DNA of 64,000 nucleotides from a virus (Duplodnaviria > Caudoviricetes): the IMG/VR virus record IMGVR_UViG_3300017791_000194, positions 1-64,000 of that record; one strand, 5' to 3'. Of this stretch, positions 18,105 through 26,618 are shown piece after piece. Made by a program: the position numbers and the translations under genes. Within the stretch, counting starts at the first letter, position 1; the number at the start of each line of letters is the position of its first letter. A model generated the notes under the pieces. That model saw only the letters and a program-made list of their open reading frames with translations, did no database searches and was not told the DNA's origin.

Positions 18105-19021
18105 GCCGCACAGACGCGGCCAAGAGCACCATCGCCGTCTGGCGATGGCTGCACACACTGCCCGGCGCACCGATCGTGGAGGGCAACACGACCGTGTTGC
18201 TCCAGGCCCTGCCTATCGAGGTAGGGCACGTGTCGCGCGCGTCCACCACGGGCATGGATGAGCGCATGAAATTGATGGAGACGCTCGGGCTTCTCAGCCG
18301 CAAGGCGCACTATGACCCCCGGACCAACGATCAGGGCGAAAGCCTGTGGCCAACCCGAGGCACCACGAATACGCTCAAGATGAGCGCTGACGAGGGCGCC
18401 AAGCTCATCGCCAAGCACTTTGCCAATGGCGGCTACATGAAGGTGAGCGCCATCGGCAACAAGAAGGTGCTCAGCCGGGATGTACCTGAGAAGCCGGTCT
18501 ACGACGTCGAGCGCGTCGCCGTCCGCACCAACGACAAGGACGAGCCCGTCGAGGCAGTCGTGGGTGAGGATGCTCCGACCCTCGGTGAGGCGCTTGCCAC
18601 ACCTGAGTTGCGCGCCCAGTTCCGTGAGATGCGCAAGGATGAGCCTGCCGCCTTCGTTGAGGCCGCTCGTCAGTACGAGAACCGCAACGAGTTCGTCATC
18701 GCCAAGCTCAAGGAGATCGAGGCGATGGGCGTCGTGATCGACCGCGAGAAGGTGCTCAAGGGCGTCCATCTCCAGCGAGACGACGAACTGGAGGGTGTGG
18801 TCAAGGTCCTGCCCTACATCGCGGAACTGGAGCAGCGGCTCAAGCAGGCCGAAGGCTGGCGCGAGGACATGCTCGCCGCCCAACGCGAGACTCGCACCCT
18901 GCGTGACGAGAAGCGCAAGGCCGAGGCCGAAGTCGCCCGTCAGAAGGAGGCGAACACGCGCCTGGCCGAGAAGATGGCTCGTGAGACCGTCTCACGGCCG
19001 CAGGTGCTCGTGGGCAACTGA
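18092..19021 (+). CDS. Hypothetical protein with C-terminal coiled coil (309 aa)
   Basis: GAGGAGG RBS; E/K/R-rich C-terminus. Confidence 0.7.
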   Translation: MSRLSRTDAAKSTIAVWRWLHTLPGAPIVEGNTTVLLQALPIEVGHVSRASTTGMDERMKLMETLGLLSRKAHYDPRTNDQGESLWPTRGTTNTLKMSADEGAKLIAKHFANGGYMKVSAIGNKKVLSRDVPEKPVYDVERVAVRTNDKDEPVEAVVGEDAPTLGEALATPELRAQFREMRKDEPAAFVEAARQYENRNEFVIAKLKEIEAMGVVIDREKVLKGVHLQRDDELEGVVKVLPYIAELEQRLKQAEGWREDMLAAQRETRTLRDEKRKAEAEVARQKEANTRLAEKMARETVSRPQVLVGN

Positions 19022-19038
19022 CTGACTCGATTGAGAAT

Positions 19039-19066
19039 GAGGCTGCGGCGATGATGCCGCAGCCTC
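19039..19066. terminator. 11-bp hairpin at the 3' end of array A1
   Basis: GAGGCTGCGGC-GATGAT-GCCGCAGCCTC. Confidence 0.6.
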
Positions 19067-19148
19067 CCATGCCACGCCTTGCCAAGCCAAGGCACGCCGA
19101 GCCAAACCATGCCGAGCCACGGCTAGCCATGCCTAGCCACGCCACGGC
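19067..19148 (-). ncRNA. GGY-NN array A1 (16 units), candidate guide RNA divergent from the RAMP gene
   Basis: gccgt ggcgt ggcta ggcat ggcta gccgt ggctc ggcat ggttt ggctc ggcgt gcctt ggctt ggcaa ggcgt ggcat; TACGCT 4 nt upstream. Confidence 0.75.
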
Positions 19149-19172
19149 CTACAGCGTACAAGGAGACGTGCA

Positions 19173-19814
19173 ATGAGCACCACCGACATCGAGAACGGCA
19201 GAGAGCTGACCGCCCTCGATCCCGTCAGCAACGACGGCGAACCAATCATCAAGTTTCAGGAGCCCTTCGTGGCGCGAGTCACGATCCAGGGCGTGAGCGC
19301 GATCTTGTTTCACAGATGGAGCAACGAAGCGGTCGCTGCCAAGGCCGCCGCTGCGAAGAACAGCAAGGCGAAGAAGTCAGACGACGTCGAGTCGTACTTG
19401 TATCGCGCCGACAACGGCAACATCGGCATCCCCGGTGAGTACCTGCGGCGCTCGATCATCACCGCTGCGAAGTTCAAGCAGGACCCTCGCTCGCCACGGA
19501 AGTCGGCGATGGACCTGTACCAGGCGAGCATCATCAGCCTGACCGACCTTGCCGATACCGGCGCCAAGGAGCCCGACTACATCGACCGCCGCCGGGTGAC
19601 CGTGCAGCGATCTGGTGTGACGCGGGAGCGACCGGCGCTGCGGGCTGGCTGGACGGTCACGTTCGATCTGCTCTGCCAGTCTCCCGAGTACATCTCGCCT
19701 CAAGACCTTCTTGACACGATCACTCAGGCTGGCCGACTGGTCGGGATGGCTGACTTCCGCCCGAGCTTCGGCCGCTATCAGGTGACCCGGTTCGAGGTCA
19801 CGCCCGCGGCATGA
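19173..19814 (+). CDS. Standalone Cas7/Csm3-like RAMP protein (Vipr-like candidate effector)
   Basis: RVTIQGVSAILFH, IGIPGEYLRRSI, thumb-like RRRVTVQRSGVTRERP, GWTVTFDL, G-rich loop AGRLVGMADFRPSFGRYQV; AAGGAG RBS. Confidence 0.8.
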   Translation: MSTTDIENGRELTALDPVSNDGEPIIKFQEPFVARVTIQGVSAILFHRWSNEAVAAKAAAAKNSKAKKSDDVESYLYRADNGNIGIPGEYLRRSIITAAKFKQDPRSPRKSAMDLYQASIISLTDLADTGAKEPDYIDRRRVTVQRSGVTRERPALRAGWTVTFDLLCQSPEYISPQDLLDTITQAGRLVGMADFRPSFGRYQVTRFEVTPAA

Positions 19815-20110
19815 CCGAGAACCTGCGCCCACTGGCGGCGTGGGACTCCGACGATCCGGTCGTCAAAGGCGTGGCCTGGTGGTCACGCCTTGACGGTCGG
19901 TATCAAGTCGAGGTCCAGTACGCCGACAGCGACGGCTACAGAGGCACTCTTGTCGTCTTCGATCACAACGATGGCGACCGAGTGATCCACTCAGAAGAGA
20001 CGCCGATCGCGTACGCGGCGCGCTTCGGGCCAGACATGCAAGACGTCGAGCGCTGGCAGACCCGCGTTCTCGAAGTCATCGACCAGTACAACTCAGGAGC
20101 AGTTGTGTAA
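19811..20110 (+). CDS. Hypothetical protein (99 aa)
   Basis: ATGA-coupled to the RAMP gene. Confidence 0.6.
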   Translation: MTENLRPLAAWDSDDPVVKGVAWWSRLDGRYQVEVQYADSDGYRGTLVVFDHNDGDRVIHSEETPIAYAARFGPDMQDVERWQTRVLEVIDQYNSGAVV

Positions 20111-20490
20111 TGCACCGTAACGACAATGGCGAGAACCTCGTGGTCGTCAACAAGCGCGACCTGATCAAGGCACTTCAGGCGAACCGCGAGAACCATCGCG
20201 CTGAGTTCGAGAAGGCCCTTGACGGCTTCGAGAAGACGGCCGTCGAGATCCTGAAGGCACGCCTCGCTGAGGCGAAGAAGGGCATCAAGCGGGCGATCAG
20301 CGTGAACCTGCCGATGCCTGAGGATCACACCCGTGACTACGATCGGCGTATCCGGATGTACGAGATGGACATCGAGGACAACGTCGAGCTGACCGAGGCC
20401 GAGTTCGCGCAGTACGTCCAGGACGACTGGGGCTGGAAGCAACAGTGGACCACGAGCAACACCGCCTACATGGCGGCAAGTGCGAAGTGA
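20110..20490 (+). CDS. Conserved phage hypothetical protein
   Basis: TAATG coupling; IELTEAEFAQYVQDDWGW-type motif. Confidence 0.65.
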   Translation: MHRNDNGENLVVVNKRDLIKALQANRENHRAEFEKALDGFEKTAVEILKARLAEAKKGIKRAISVNLPMPEDHTRDYDRRIRMYEMDIEDNVELTEAEFAQYVQDDWGWKQQWTTSNTAYMAASAK

Positions 20491-20735
20491 GGAACCGCAT
20501 CCTCGCCATCATCGCGATCAGCGTCGTGGGTGCGGCGCTGATCTTCTTCGGCTTCGGGCTGTACCTGTTGTCACAGCCGGACATCGTGACGATGGTCCCG
20601 TCGACACCGCCGCCGACAACCGACGTCGTCACGCATTCGCGTGACTTTGCGTTGGTCACCACGGTCATCGCTGGGGTTGCTGTCGGCCTGGCTGCATTGA
20701 TCGCTGGGATGGCGGCGTCGGAGATGCGCGAGTGA
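20487..20735 (+). CDS. Two-TM membrane protein
   Basis: GTGA coupling; two hydrophobic helices. Confidence 0.55.
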   Translation: MRNRILAIIAISVVGAALIFFGFGLYLLSQPDIVTMVPSTPPPTTDVVTHSRDFALVTTVIAGVAVGLAALIAGMAASEMRE

Positions 20736-20992
20736 GCGACGAGCCGTACAACCCGGTCAAGGCCGTCGTGATCGACACGATCAAGGCGCACATCCCGAGT
20801 CTCTCTGACGAGGATGAGGAAGCAATCCACGAGAAGGTCGTCAACTACACCTTCTCGCGGCTCAAGGACGACGAGGATCTAGCTGACTTCGCGATCCGCA
20901 CCTGTGCGTGCGGCGTGCGGGTTGATGGGTTCTATCAGTACGCAGATCATCTGATCAGCATCTTCGGTGGCGAAAGTCACTTCGGCGGCTGA
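20732..20992 (+). CDS. Hypothetical protein (86 aa)
   Basis: GTGA coupling. Confidence 0.55.
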   Translation: MSDEPYNPVKAVVIDTIKAHIPSLSDEDEEAIHEKVVNYTFSRLKDDEDLADFAIRTCACGVRVDGFYQYADHLISIFGGESHFGG

Positions 20993-20994
20993 TC

Positions 20995-21079
20995 ACCATG
21001 CCATGCCTCGCCATGCCGCACCAAGGCTGACCGAGCCTCAGCCCGCCCCGCCAAGCCACGCCGCGCCATGCCAAGGCTT
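20995..21079 (-). ncRNA. GGY-NN array A2 (about 17 units)
   Basis: Starts gcctt ggcat ggcgc ggcgt, ends ggcat ggcat ggtga; TAGTAT 5 nt upstream. Confidence 0.65.
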
Positions 21080-21090
21080 CACATACTAAA

Positions 21091-21269
21091 GGCAAGCCAA
21101 GCGGAGGCTAGGTGCGGCGTGGCCAGGCTCGCATTGGCGAAGGCCGGGACCGGTACGGCAAGGCTCGGCGAGGCAAGCGATGCCGGGGCTGGGTTCGGCG
21201 GGGTTTGGTGCGGCCGGGCGTTGGCAAGCGGGGGCATTGGCGGGGGCTGGCCCAGGCAGGGCGAGGTTC
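21091..21269 (+). ncRNA. GGY-NN array A3 (about 35 units, degenerate)
   Basis: Phased GGC/GGT with several +1 slips; back-to-back with A2. Confidence 0.6.
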
Positions 21270-21292
21270 ATCTACGCGTACAGGAGATCAAC

Positions 21293-21493
21293 ATGGCAAC
21301 AAGGAACCCTCGGATGCTCAGCCCTGCGGCGCTTGCGAAGCAGCGGGCGTTCGGGACAGAGCGACACACCGTTGAGTCCATCAACTACATCACTGACGAG
21401 CTGACCTGCTCGTGCGGCAACTGGACGGGCCCTGCGCTCGATCTCGCTCCGTTCCGAGCACATCGTCGTCAGTTCTTCAAGTCAAGGCGATGA
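21293..21493 (+). CDS. Small hypothetical protein (66 aa)
   Basis: AGGAG RBS; CSC...H motif. Confidence 0.55.
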   Translation: MATRNPRMLSPAALAKQRAFGTERHTVESINYITDELTCSCGNWTGPALDLAPFRAHRRQFFKSRR

Positions 21494-21495
21494 GC

Positions 21496-21697
21496 GGCGG
21501 GGTGCGGCAGGGCTTGCTACGCCGTGGCATTGGTGGGGCGGGGAAAGCGGAGGCTAGCCGCGGCTAGGTCTGCGATGGCGAGGTGGGGCTTGGCACGGCA
21601 AGGCGTGGCAAGGCAAGCGGTGGTCTGGTCTGGTCTGGCGGGGTCGGGCTCGGGCACGGCAAGCGAAGCCGAGGCTAGCCTTGGCATGGTAAGGTCA
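21496..21697 (+). ncRNA. GGY-NN array A4 (about 40 units, longest)
   Basis: Phased pentamers with two single-base insertions. Confidence 0.65.
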
Positions 21698-22171
21698 CAC
21701 ACCGTGACGACCTACCGCGAGCTTGGTGAACGTCTTGGGGTCGACGTCTGCACCGGCTGCGATCTCGACACGAGCGGCAAGCACGGTCTGAACCATGAGG
21801 CTGGGCGCTGGGGCGCCGACGGCCGGTTCCACTATTTCGAGCGGGCCATGCGCCGGTCGAGCATCCGCAACTTCGTGTGGCGGATCTCGGGATACTGGCC
21901 GCCGCGTGAACATGGTCACGGCCCACGGCAAGCGTGGGAACTCTACTGGGAACGTATCCAGTGGGCCAAGGGAGCGCTTCGCGCGCTCCGCGTACGACTA
22001 CCTTCTCCCGCGTGGGACACGCAACGAGCGACGCTTCGGGCGCTGCTCGCCGTGCCCGCGCGGGATTTTTTTGATGAGGTTTTCACGGAGCACCGAGCGG
22101 TCACTCGTAAGGCGGCCTGGCGCTGGGCGAAGAAGCCCATTGATCACGCTGATCCTTCGTACGATGATTGA
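21686..22171 (+). CDS. Hypothetical protein; ATG supplied by the array's GGCAT-GG unit
   Basis: MVRSHTVTTYRELGERLGVDVCTGCD... Confidence 0.5.
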   Translation: MVRSHTVTTYRELGERLGVDVCTGCDLDTSGKHGLNHEAGRWGADGRFHYFERAMRRSSIRNFVWRISGYWPPREHGHGPRQAWELYWERIQWAKGALRALRVRLPSPAWDTQRATLRALLAVPARDFFDEVFTEHRAVTRKAAWRWAKKPIDHADPSYDD

Positions 22172-22174
22172 CCA

Positions 22175-22420
22175 ATGCCAGCACCGCGCGTCGACCCACT
22201 CTCACAACGGCTTCTGGTTCAGGTTCTGCGGCGTGCCCTGGACCTCCATCTCCACCAGCCTCACGACCGGACTGCCGAACGGCGGGTCCGCGCGATCGTC
22301 CTGCGCAATCCGAAGTCTGCCCTCAGCTCTCACGTACGACACAACCTGGGCAGGCAGCGGCGTGAGGCGCTCGATGCCATCTTGGCCCGAGCCGACGCTC
22401 GTTCGTTGACCGATGGTTGA
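22175..22420 (+). CDS. Hypothetical protein (81 aa)
   Basis: ORF track. Confidence 0.4.
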   Translation: MPAPRVDPLSQRLLVQVLRRALDLHLHQPHDRTAERRVRAIVLRNPKSALSSHVRHNLGRQRREALDAILARADARSLTDG

Positions 22421-22574
22421 GAAGCTCAAGCTCCACGAGTTCAAGCCCCAGCGGGCCAATCGCTTCGCCTGCGAAGAGTGCCCGTATTTGGCGAACAATC
22501 CCGTACACGTTCGCGGGTTCAAGGCTGACGCAACCTACATCAAGGGGGTGGCTCGCCCGAACAAGACGGGCTAG
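22413..22574 (+). CDS. Small CxxC protein (53 aa)
   Basis: MVEKLKLHEF...CEECPY...H. Confidence 0.45.
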   Translation: MVEKLKLHEFKPQRANRFACEECPYLANNPVHVRGFKADATYIKGVARPNKTG

Positions 22575-22581
22575 CCTCAAC

Positions 22582-22709
22582 GCCTTGGCATGGCTGGGCC
22601 GGGTATGGCTGGGCATGGCGGGGCATGGCGGGGTTTGGCTTGGTGAGCCAGGGCTAGGCGCGGCGTGGCTAGGCGTGGCAAGGCATGGTCGTGACAGTCA
22701 GCTGTCACG
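22582..22709 (+). ncRNA. GGY-NN array A5 (22 units in perfect phase) plus 3' hairpin
   Basis: TAGCCT, 4 nt, gcctt ggcat ggctg ... ggcaa ggcat ggtcg; hairpin CGTGACAG-TCAG-CTGTCACG 22690-22709. Confidence 0.8.
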
Positions 22710-22730
22710 GGGAGACCTGATGATGCTGGC

Positions 22731-23504
22731 ATGAATCCCCTGGTGCTGAGCGGCAGCTCTCTGAACACCTGGTTCGAGTGCCCGCGCGAGTGGATGTACC
22801 AGTACCTCTGGCGCAAGGAGATGCCCCTCAGCTACAAGATGGCACTGGGGGTAGCGGCGCACGAGGCGGTCGAGGCGGCCTTCCGGTACCAGAAGGCGAC
22901 CGCCATGCTGGCGCCGCTACAGATCTACGAAGAGGCGTTCAACCATTTCTGGGCTGAGACCACCAAGAACAGCCGCCCGAAGAATAACCAGCCTGCCGAG
23001 AGCGCCGAGACATACCGTCGCTCGGGGCTCCAGGCGGTCGGCTTCTACGCCCGGCAGGTCGCGCCGACCATCGACGTAGTCGCTTTCGAGGAGCCGATGG
23101 CGGCCACGATCAACGGCCACACCTGGACCGGCACCCTCGACCTGATCGATCGGATGCCCGACGGTGGCCTGCGGCTCCGGGACCACAAGTTCACCTCGAA
23201 GAAGCCCAACCCAGACCAATACAAGCGCCCGATGATCGGCTACTACCTGATGGCCCGACAGCGGTACGGCGACATCGCGGCGGTCCAGCTGGACTACATC
23301 ATCCGGGGCAACCGGGACCGCCCGCCGCAGTTCGTACCAGTCTTGCTTGACATCACCGAGGAGGACATACTGGACTTCGCGACCGACGTTGAGGAAGCGG
23401 TCGCGAGCATCAACGTCGGTCGCTTTCCGCCACTGGGCAACCAAACGCTCGCCTGTCGCTGGTGCCCGTACCGGAAGATCTGCCCTGACGCCAGATTGCG
23501 CTAG
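22731..23504 (+). CDS. PD-(D/E)XK (Cas4/RecB-like) exonuclease with Fe-S cysteines
   Basis: SGSSL..WFECPR, GVAAHEAVE, GTLDLIDR...RDHK, CRWCPYRKIC. Confidence 0.85.
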   Translation: MNPLVLSGSSLNTWFECPREWMYQYLWRKEMPLSYKMALGVAAHEAVEAAFRYQKATAMLAPLQIYEEAFNHFWAETTKNSRPKNNQPAESAETYRRSGLQAVGFYARQVAPTIDVVAFEEPMAATINGHTWTGTLDLIDRMPDGGLRLRDHKFTSKKPNPDQYKRPMIGYYLMARQRYGDIAAVQLDYIIRGNRDRPPQFVPVLLDITEEDILDFATDVEEAVASINVGRFPPLGNQTLACRWCPYRKICPDARLR

Positions 23505-23519
23505 CAAGGAGGTTCGCTG

Positions 23520-24458
23520 ATGGCCACGGCAACGAAGACCCGGGTCAATCCCCTGCCTGATACCCCCCCGCCGCCGGAGAACCCACCGCGACCGGAGATG
23601 ACTCCCGAAGAGGGGCGTGCGGTGTTCGAGGAGGCGAAGCGGATCTTCGAGCCCGAGTCGGTCGATGGCATCTACACCGATGCCAAGGGCGAGCCGCTCT
23701 CGCTCGTCAGCCGGATCGCGAAGATCACCGCCAGCCTGCCCGAGGTCAAGCCGGAGGGCGAGAACCAGCACTTCAAGTACAAGTTCGTCACCGACAAGCA
23801 AGTCCTGGGGCTGATCCGGCCAAAGCTGGCCAAGCAGCACATCATCATCGTGCCGGACACCGTCACCGAGCAGGAGCCGATCAACCAGGAGACGCAGCGC
23901 GGCGGACGCTCGATGCTCACTCGTCTGCACGTTGTCTTCCGGGTCATTGATGGCCTGAGCGGCGATACGTTCACGGGTGAGGCCGTGGGCTACGGCGACG
24001 ACTCCGGCGACAAGGGCGCCAACAAGGCGTACACCGCGGCGCTCAAGAACTTCCTGATCAAGCTGTTCATGCTCGGCGGTGCCGATCGCGACATTGAGGA
24101 CGACCCCGAAACGGACAAGCGCGCCTCTGCCCGCGAGCGCGCCGTGGCGCCAGTCCAGGCGGTTGAGGTCAAGGAGACGATCGTTGAGAGCGTCGCCCGG
24201 GGCGGCCGCTCCAGCACTGCCACGCTGGCCCAGGTCCAGGCCGTCAGTCGGCTGGTGGCGTCGCTGGGCCTCACGCCACAACGGCTGGCTGGAGCCATCG
24301 AGATCATCCTCGGCAAGCCCGACCTGGAGTTTCGCAACTTTGGCGACGCCAAGCTGTTCCTCGAAGCTCTGTCGGGCGAGGAGATCGGTCAGGTCATCGA
24401 GTCGCTGAGCAACGACGAGGAGGCTCAGGTCGGCGAGGAGGCCGGGCCGGATGCCTGA
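23520..24458 (+). CDS. ERF-family ssDNA-annealing protein
   Basis: GENQHFKYKF...GYGDDSGDKGANKAYTAALKNFL. Confidence 0.8.
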   Translation: MATATKTRVNPLPDTPPPPENPPRPEMTPEEGRAVFEEAKRIFEPESVDGIYTDAKGEPLSLVSRIAKITASLPEVKPEGENQHFKYKFVTDKQVLGLIRPKLAKQHIIIVPDTVTEQEPINQETQRGGRSMLTRLHVVFRVIDGLSGDTFTGEAVGYGDDSGDKGANKAYTAALKNFLIKLFMLGGADRDIEDDPETDKRASARERAVAPVQAVEVKETIVESVARGGRSSTATLAQVQAVSRLVASLGLTPQRLAGAIEIILGKPDLEFRNFGDAKLFLEALSGEEIGQVIESLSNDEEAQVGEEAGPDA

Positions 24459-24690
24459 GCCTGAGTACACCAACGGCCGCATCCGGGTTCGCCCGGAACA
24501 GATCGACTACCTCGACAACCTGCTCCATCTGACCTGGCTCGACGTCTCGCGCCAGCGGGCGCAGGTCAAGCAGGTACTGGCATCGATCAGCGAGCCAGCC
24601 ATCGTGACCGAGATGAATCGCGAGCTGCGGCTGATCAAGAGCATCCAGGAAGAAGTTCGGCGGACCAAGGAGGATATGGGCCGTGCCTGA
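24451..24690 (+). CDS. Hypothetical protein (79 aa)
   Basis: ORF track. Confidence 0.55.
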   Translation: MPEPEYTNGRIRVRPEQIDYLDNLLHLTWLDVSRQRAQVKQVLASISEPAIVTEMNRELRLIKSIQEEVRRTKEDMGRA

Positions 24691-25090
24691 ACGGCAGTTC
24701 CCGATCGAGCGAACACCAGATGGTGGCTACAGGCTGCGTGAGCTGACCTGCTGGGACTGTGGCGGCACCTACACCCTGCCCTACGGCGACCATGCCTCGT
24801 CGGCAGCGCACCGGGCCTGGCTCGCCGAGAAGCGCGCCAAGACCGAGATCACCGCGTTCGACAATATCCCCGACGAACCCACAGTACCTGTGGAGAACCC
24901 TCAGAAACTCGTCTTCGGCGACGTCAAGGTGTGCCCCCGTTGTCGCGGCACGCTACGCCCGGAACGGCGCGACCGCAAGGGCGTGCTGCTGCCCGCCGAT
25001 ACGTTCACCCACGACCCCCTCGACCGGGAGGGGCGCTGCTCGAAGTGTCAGGGCACGGGCATCGTGGCCCTTGAAGGCCGGAGTGGATGA
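24683..25090 (+). CDS. Zinc-finger protein
   Basis: CWDCG, CPRCRG, CSKCQGTG. Confidence 0.55.
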   Translation: MPERQFPIERTPDGGYRLRELTCWDCGGTYTLPYGDHASSAAHRAWLAEKRAKTEITAFDNIPDEPTVPVENPQKLVFGDVKVCPRCRGTLRPERRDRKGVLLPADTFTHDPLDREGRCSKCQGTGIVALEGRSG

Positions 25091-25334
25091 TCTGGTCGTC
25101 GGGCTCCAGAAGGCTCGGCTACTGGTCTTCCTGCGCCGGTTCGCGTCCTTCTCCAACGATGACCGCGACGCCCTGCTGCTGATCGGCCTGGCCGTGGGCC
25201 TGCGTCTGGCCGCAAAACATCCCGAAGCCGCGGCGAACATCCTCGTTGACCTCGGCCCGCCGATCATGGATCAGTCGCTCGACTGGGTCGTGCGGGGCAG
25301 TGATGAGATCGATCCGGAGCTGCCTGTCAACTAG
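25083..25334 (+). CDS. Hypothetical protein
   Basis: GTG 25083; overlaps the upstream stop region. Confidence 0.45.
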   Translation: MDDLVVGLQKARLLVFLRRFASFSNDDRDALLLIGLAVGLRLAAKHPEAAANILVDLGPPIMDQSLDWVVRGSDEIDPELPVN

Positions 25335-25462
25335 CCTTGCAGCGGCATTGCAGGAGGAGTACCTTCGACAGCCTTGGTACGTCGCCCGCAGACGGGCATA
25401 GAAAAGGGCCCCGACGAGTCTGACAGCGCCGGGGCCCCAACACAGGAAGGAACGAGCTTCCC

Positions 25463-25921
25463 ATGTCCCACAGGGACTATACCGCTCCCCTGGGCCGCTT
25501 GACAACACCAGTCGACTGGCAGCGCCGCCTCGCAGGGACGAACCCACAACCCATTGTCGTGAAGGGCATGCACCGCGTCTTCTGGGTGCCCGCGAAGTAC
25601 GTCAGCGTCGCCGCCGTGTTGTTCGATGGCCGCAAGCACACCAATCGCGAGATCGCGGCCCGCACTGGCTACAGCGTGAAGGGTGCCTGGGCTGCCATCC
25701 GGGCGCTGGAGAGGATGGCCATCCTTGCAGTCGTGACGACCGTCAAGGGCTGTAAGGGCTGGACGCGCGCCAGGGTCGCCGCCGACGCTCAGGTCCAGAA
25801 TGTTTCCACCACAGTAGAGACGTTCCTCAAAGAGACCCGTACTGTGGTGGAAACATTCATCTGGGGGGCGCCTCCCGGGGCCCGAACTGGCCTCGGGGCT
25901 GCCGCCCTTCCAGCCAGGTGA
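25463..25921 (+). CDS. Winged-HTH protein, putative replication initiator
   Basis: TNREIAARTGYSVKGAWAAIRALE; internal 19-bp inverted repeat. Confidence 0.5.
   Translation: MSHRDYTAPLGRLTTPVDWQRRLAGTNPQPIVVKGMHRVFWVPAKYVSVAAVLFDGRKHTNREIAARTGYSVKGAWAAIRALERMAILAVVTTVKGCKGWTRARVAADAQVQNVSTTVETFLKETRTVVETFIWGAPPGARTGLGAAALPAR
25798..25858. repeat. Perfect 19-bp inverted repeat (candidate origin)
   Basis: GAATGTTTCCACCACAGTA, 23 nt, TACTGTGGTGGAAACATTC. Confidence 0.8.
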
Positions 25922-26078
25922 ACCCCGAGAAGCGCCGATTGCAACGCAAGGCCAAGGCCAAGGCCTCCAGGCATCGCCCTCGACCTGTCGATCGCGACCT
26001 CAACCTGGAGCTGACCCCGAAGGGAGCAGCGATCCTGGCCTACGATCGAGCCATTGGTGGCATGGACGAGGAGGCGGA

Positions 26079-26618
26079 GTGAAGCCCACCGGACCGCGCT
26101 GCATCTTCCACACAACCTTCCTCCGTCGGGAGGTGGACCCGCGCGTGGCGGCGCTGTGGCCCTCGAAGCCAGTCCCGTTTGGCGATCTGCGCCGGACCTG
26201 GCGACTCAGGCACTGCGCCACGGTGAATCCATACTGGGACTCCGAGATGTGCCCGTATCCAGCCAGCAACTGCGCCCTGGCCTTCCTCGCGGCCGTCCAG
26301 ACCGCTACATTCACTGGCGTTCGTAATCCGATGGGGCTCTTCCGGACCCTGGCTCGGAGCGATGGGCTCCGGCGGCTCGAAGACAAGCCGCTGGCGAGGG
26401 ACCAGGCTCGTGGCCAGGAAGGACCCAGTCTCACCGGAGCTGCGCCAGCTGGTGCTGAATCGGGACTACGCGGCGATGCGGGCAGCGGGCCTGCACGCGA
26501 AGGGACAGACGTGCGTGGCGCCCCTCGTCGACCCGTCACAGTGGGGACTGTGCTGGGGTCGCTCAACCTTGGACCACATCAAGGACCAGGCCCGGATGGG
26601 CCTGCGAGCGCCGAGTGA
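26079..26618 (+). CDS. Hypothetical protein, possibly replication-associated
   Basis: VRNPMGLFRTLAR resembles initiator C-termini; 3' part overlaps the next gene. Confidence 0.4.
   Translation: MKPTGPRCIFHTTFLRREVDPRVAALWPSKPVPFGDLRRTWRLRHCATVNPYWDSEMCPYPASNCALAFLAAVQTATFTGVRNPMGLFRTLARSDGLRRLEDKPLARDQARGQEGPSLTGAAPAGAESGLRGDAGSGPAREGTDVRGAPRRPVTVGTVLGSLNLGPHQGPGPDGPASAE

Noticed and set aside
22731-23504. Calling the nuclease a true cas4 of a CRISPR locus
   Set aside because: Paired with ERF it fits an ordinary phage recombination exonuclease; no adaptation genes nearby.
9721-24482. Long antisense ORFs (9721-10662, 11063-12757, 13235-14488, 22917-24482) and similar ones opposite late genes
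   Set aside because: Shadow ORFs expected at high GC opposite well-supported genes.
25960-25980. GGCCAA x2-3 repeat
   Set aside because: Period 6 and very short; likely encodes KAKAKA in a small basic ORF and is not a GGY-NN array.
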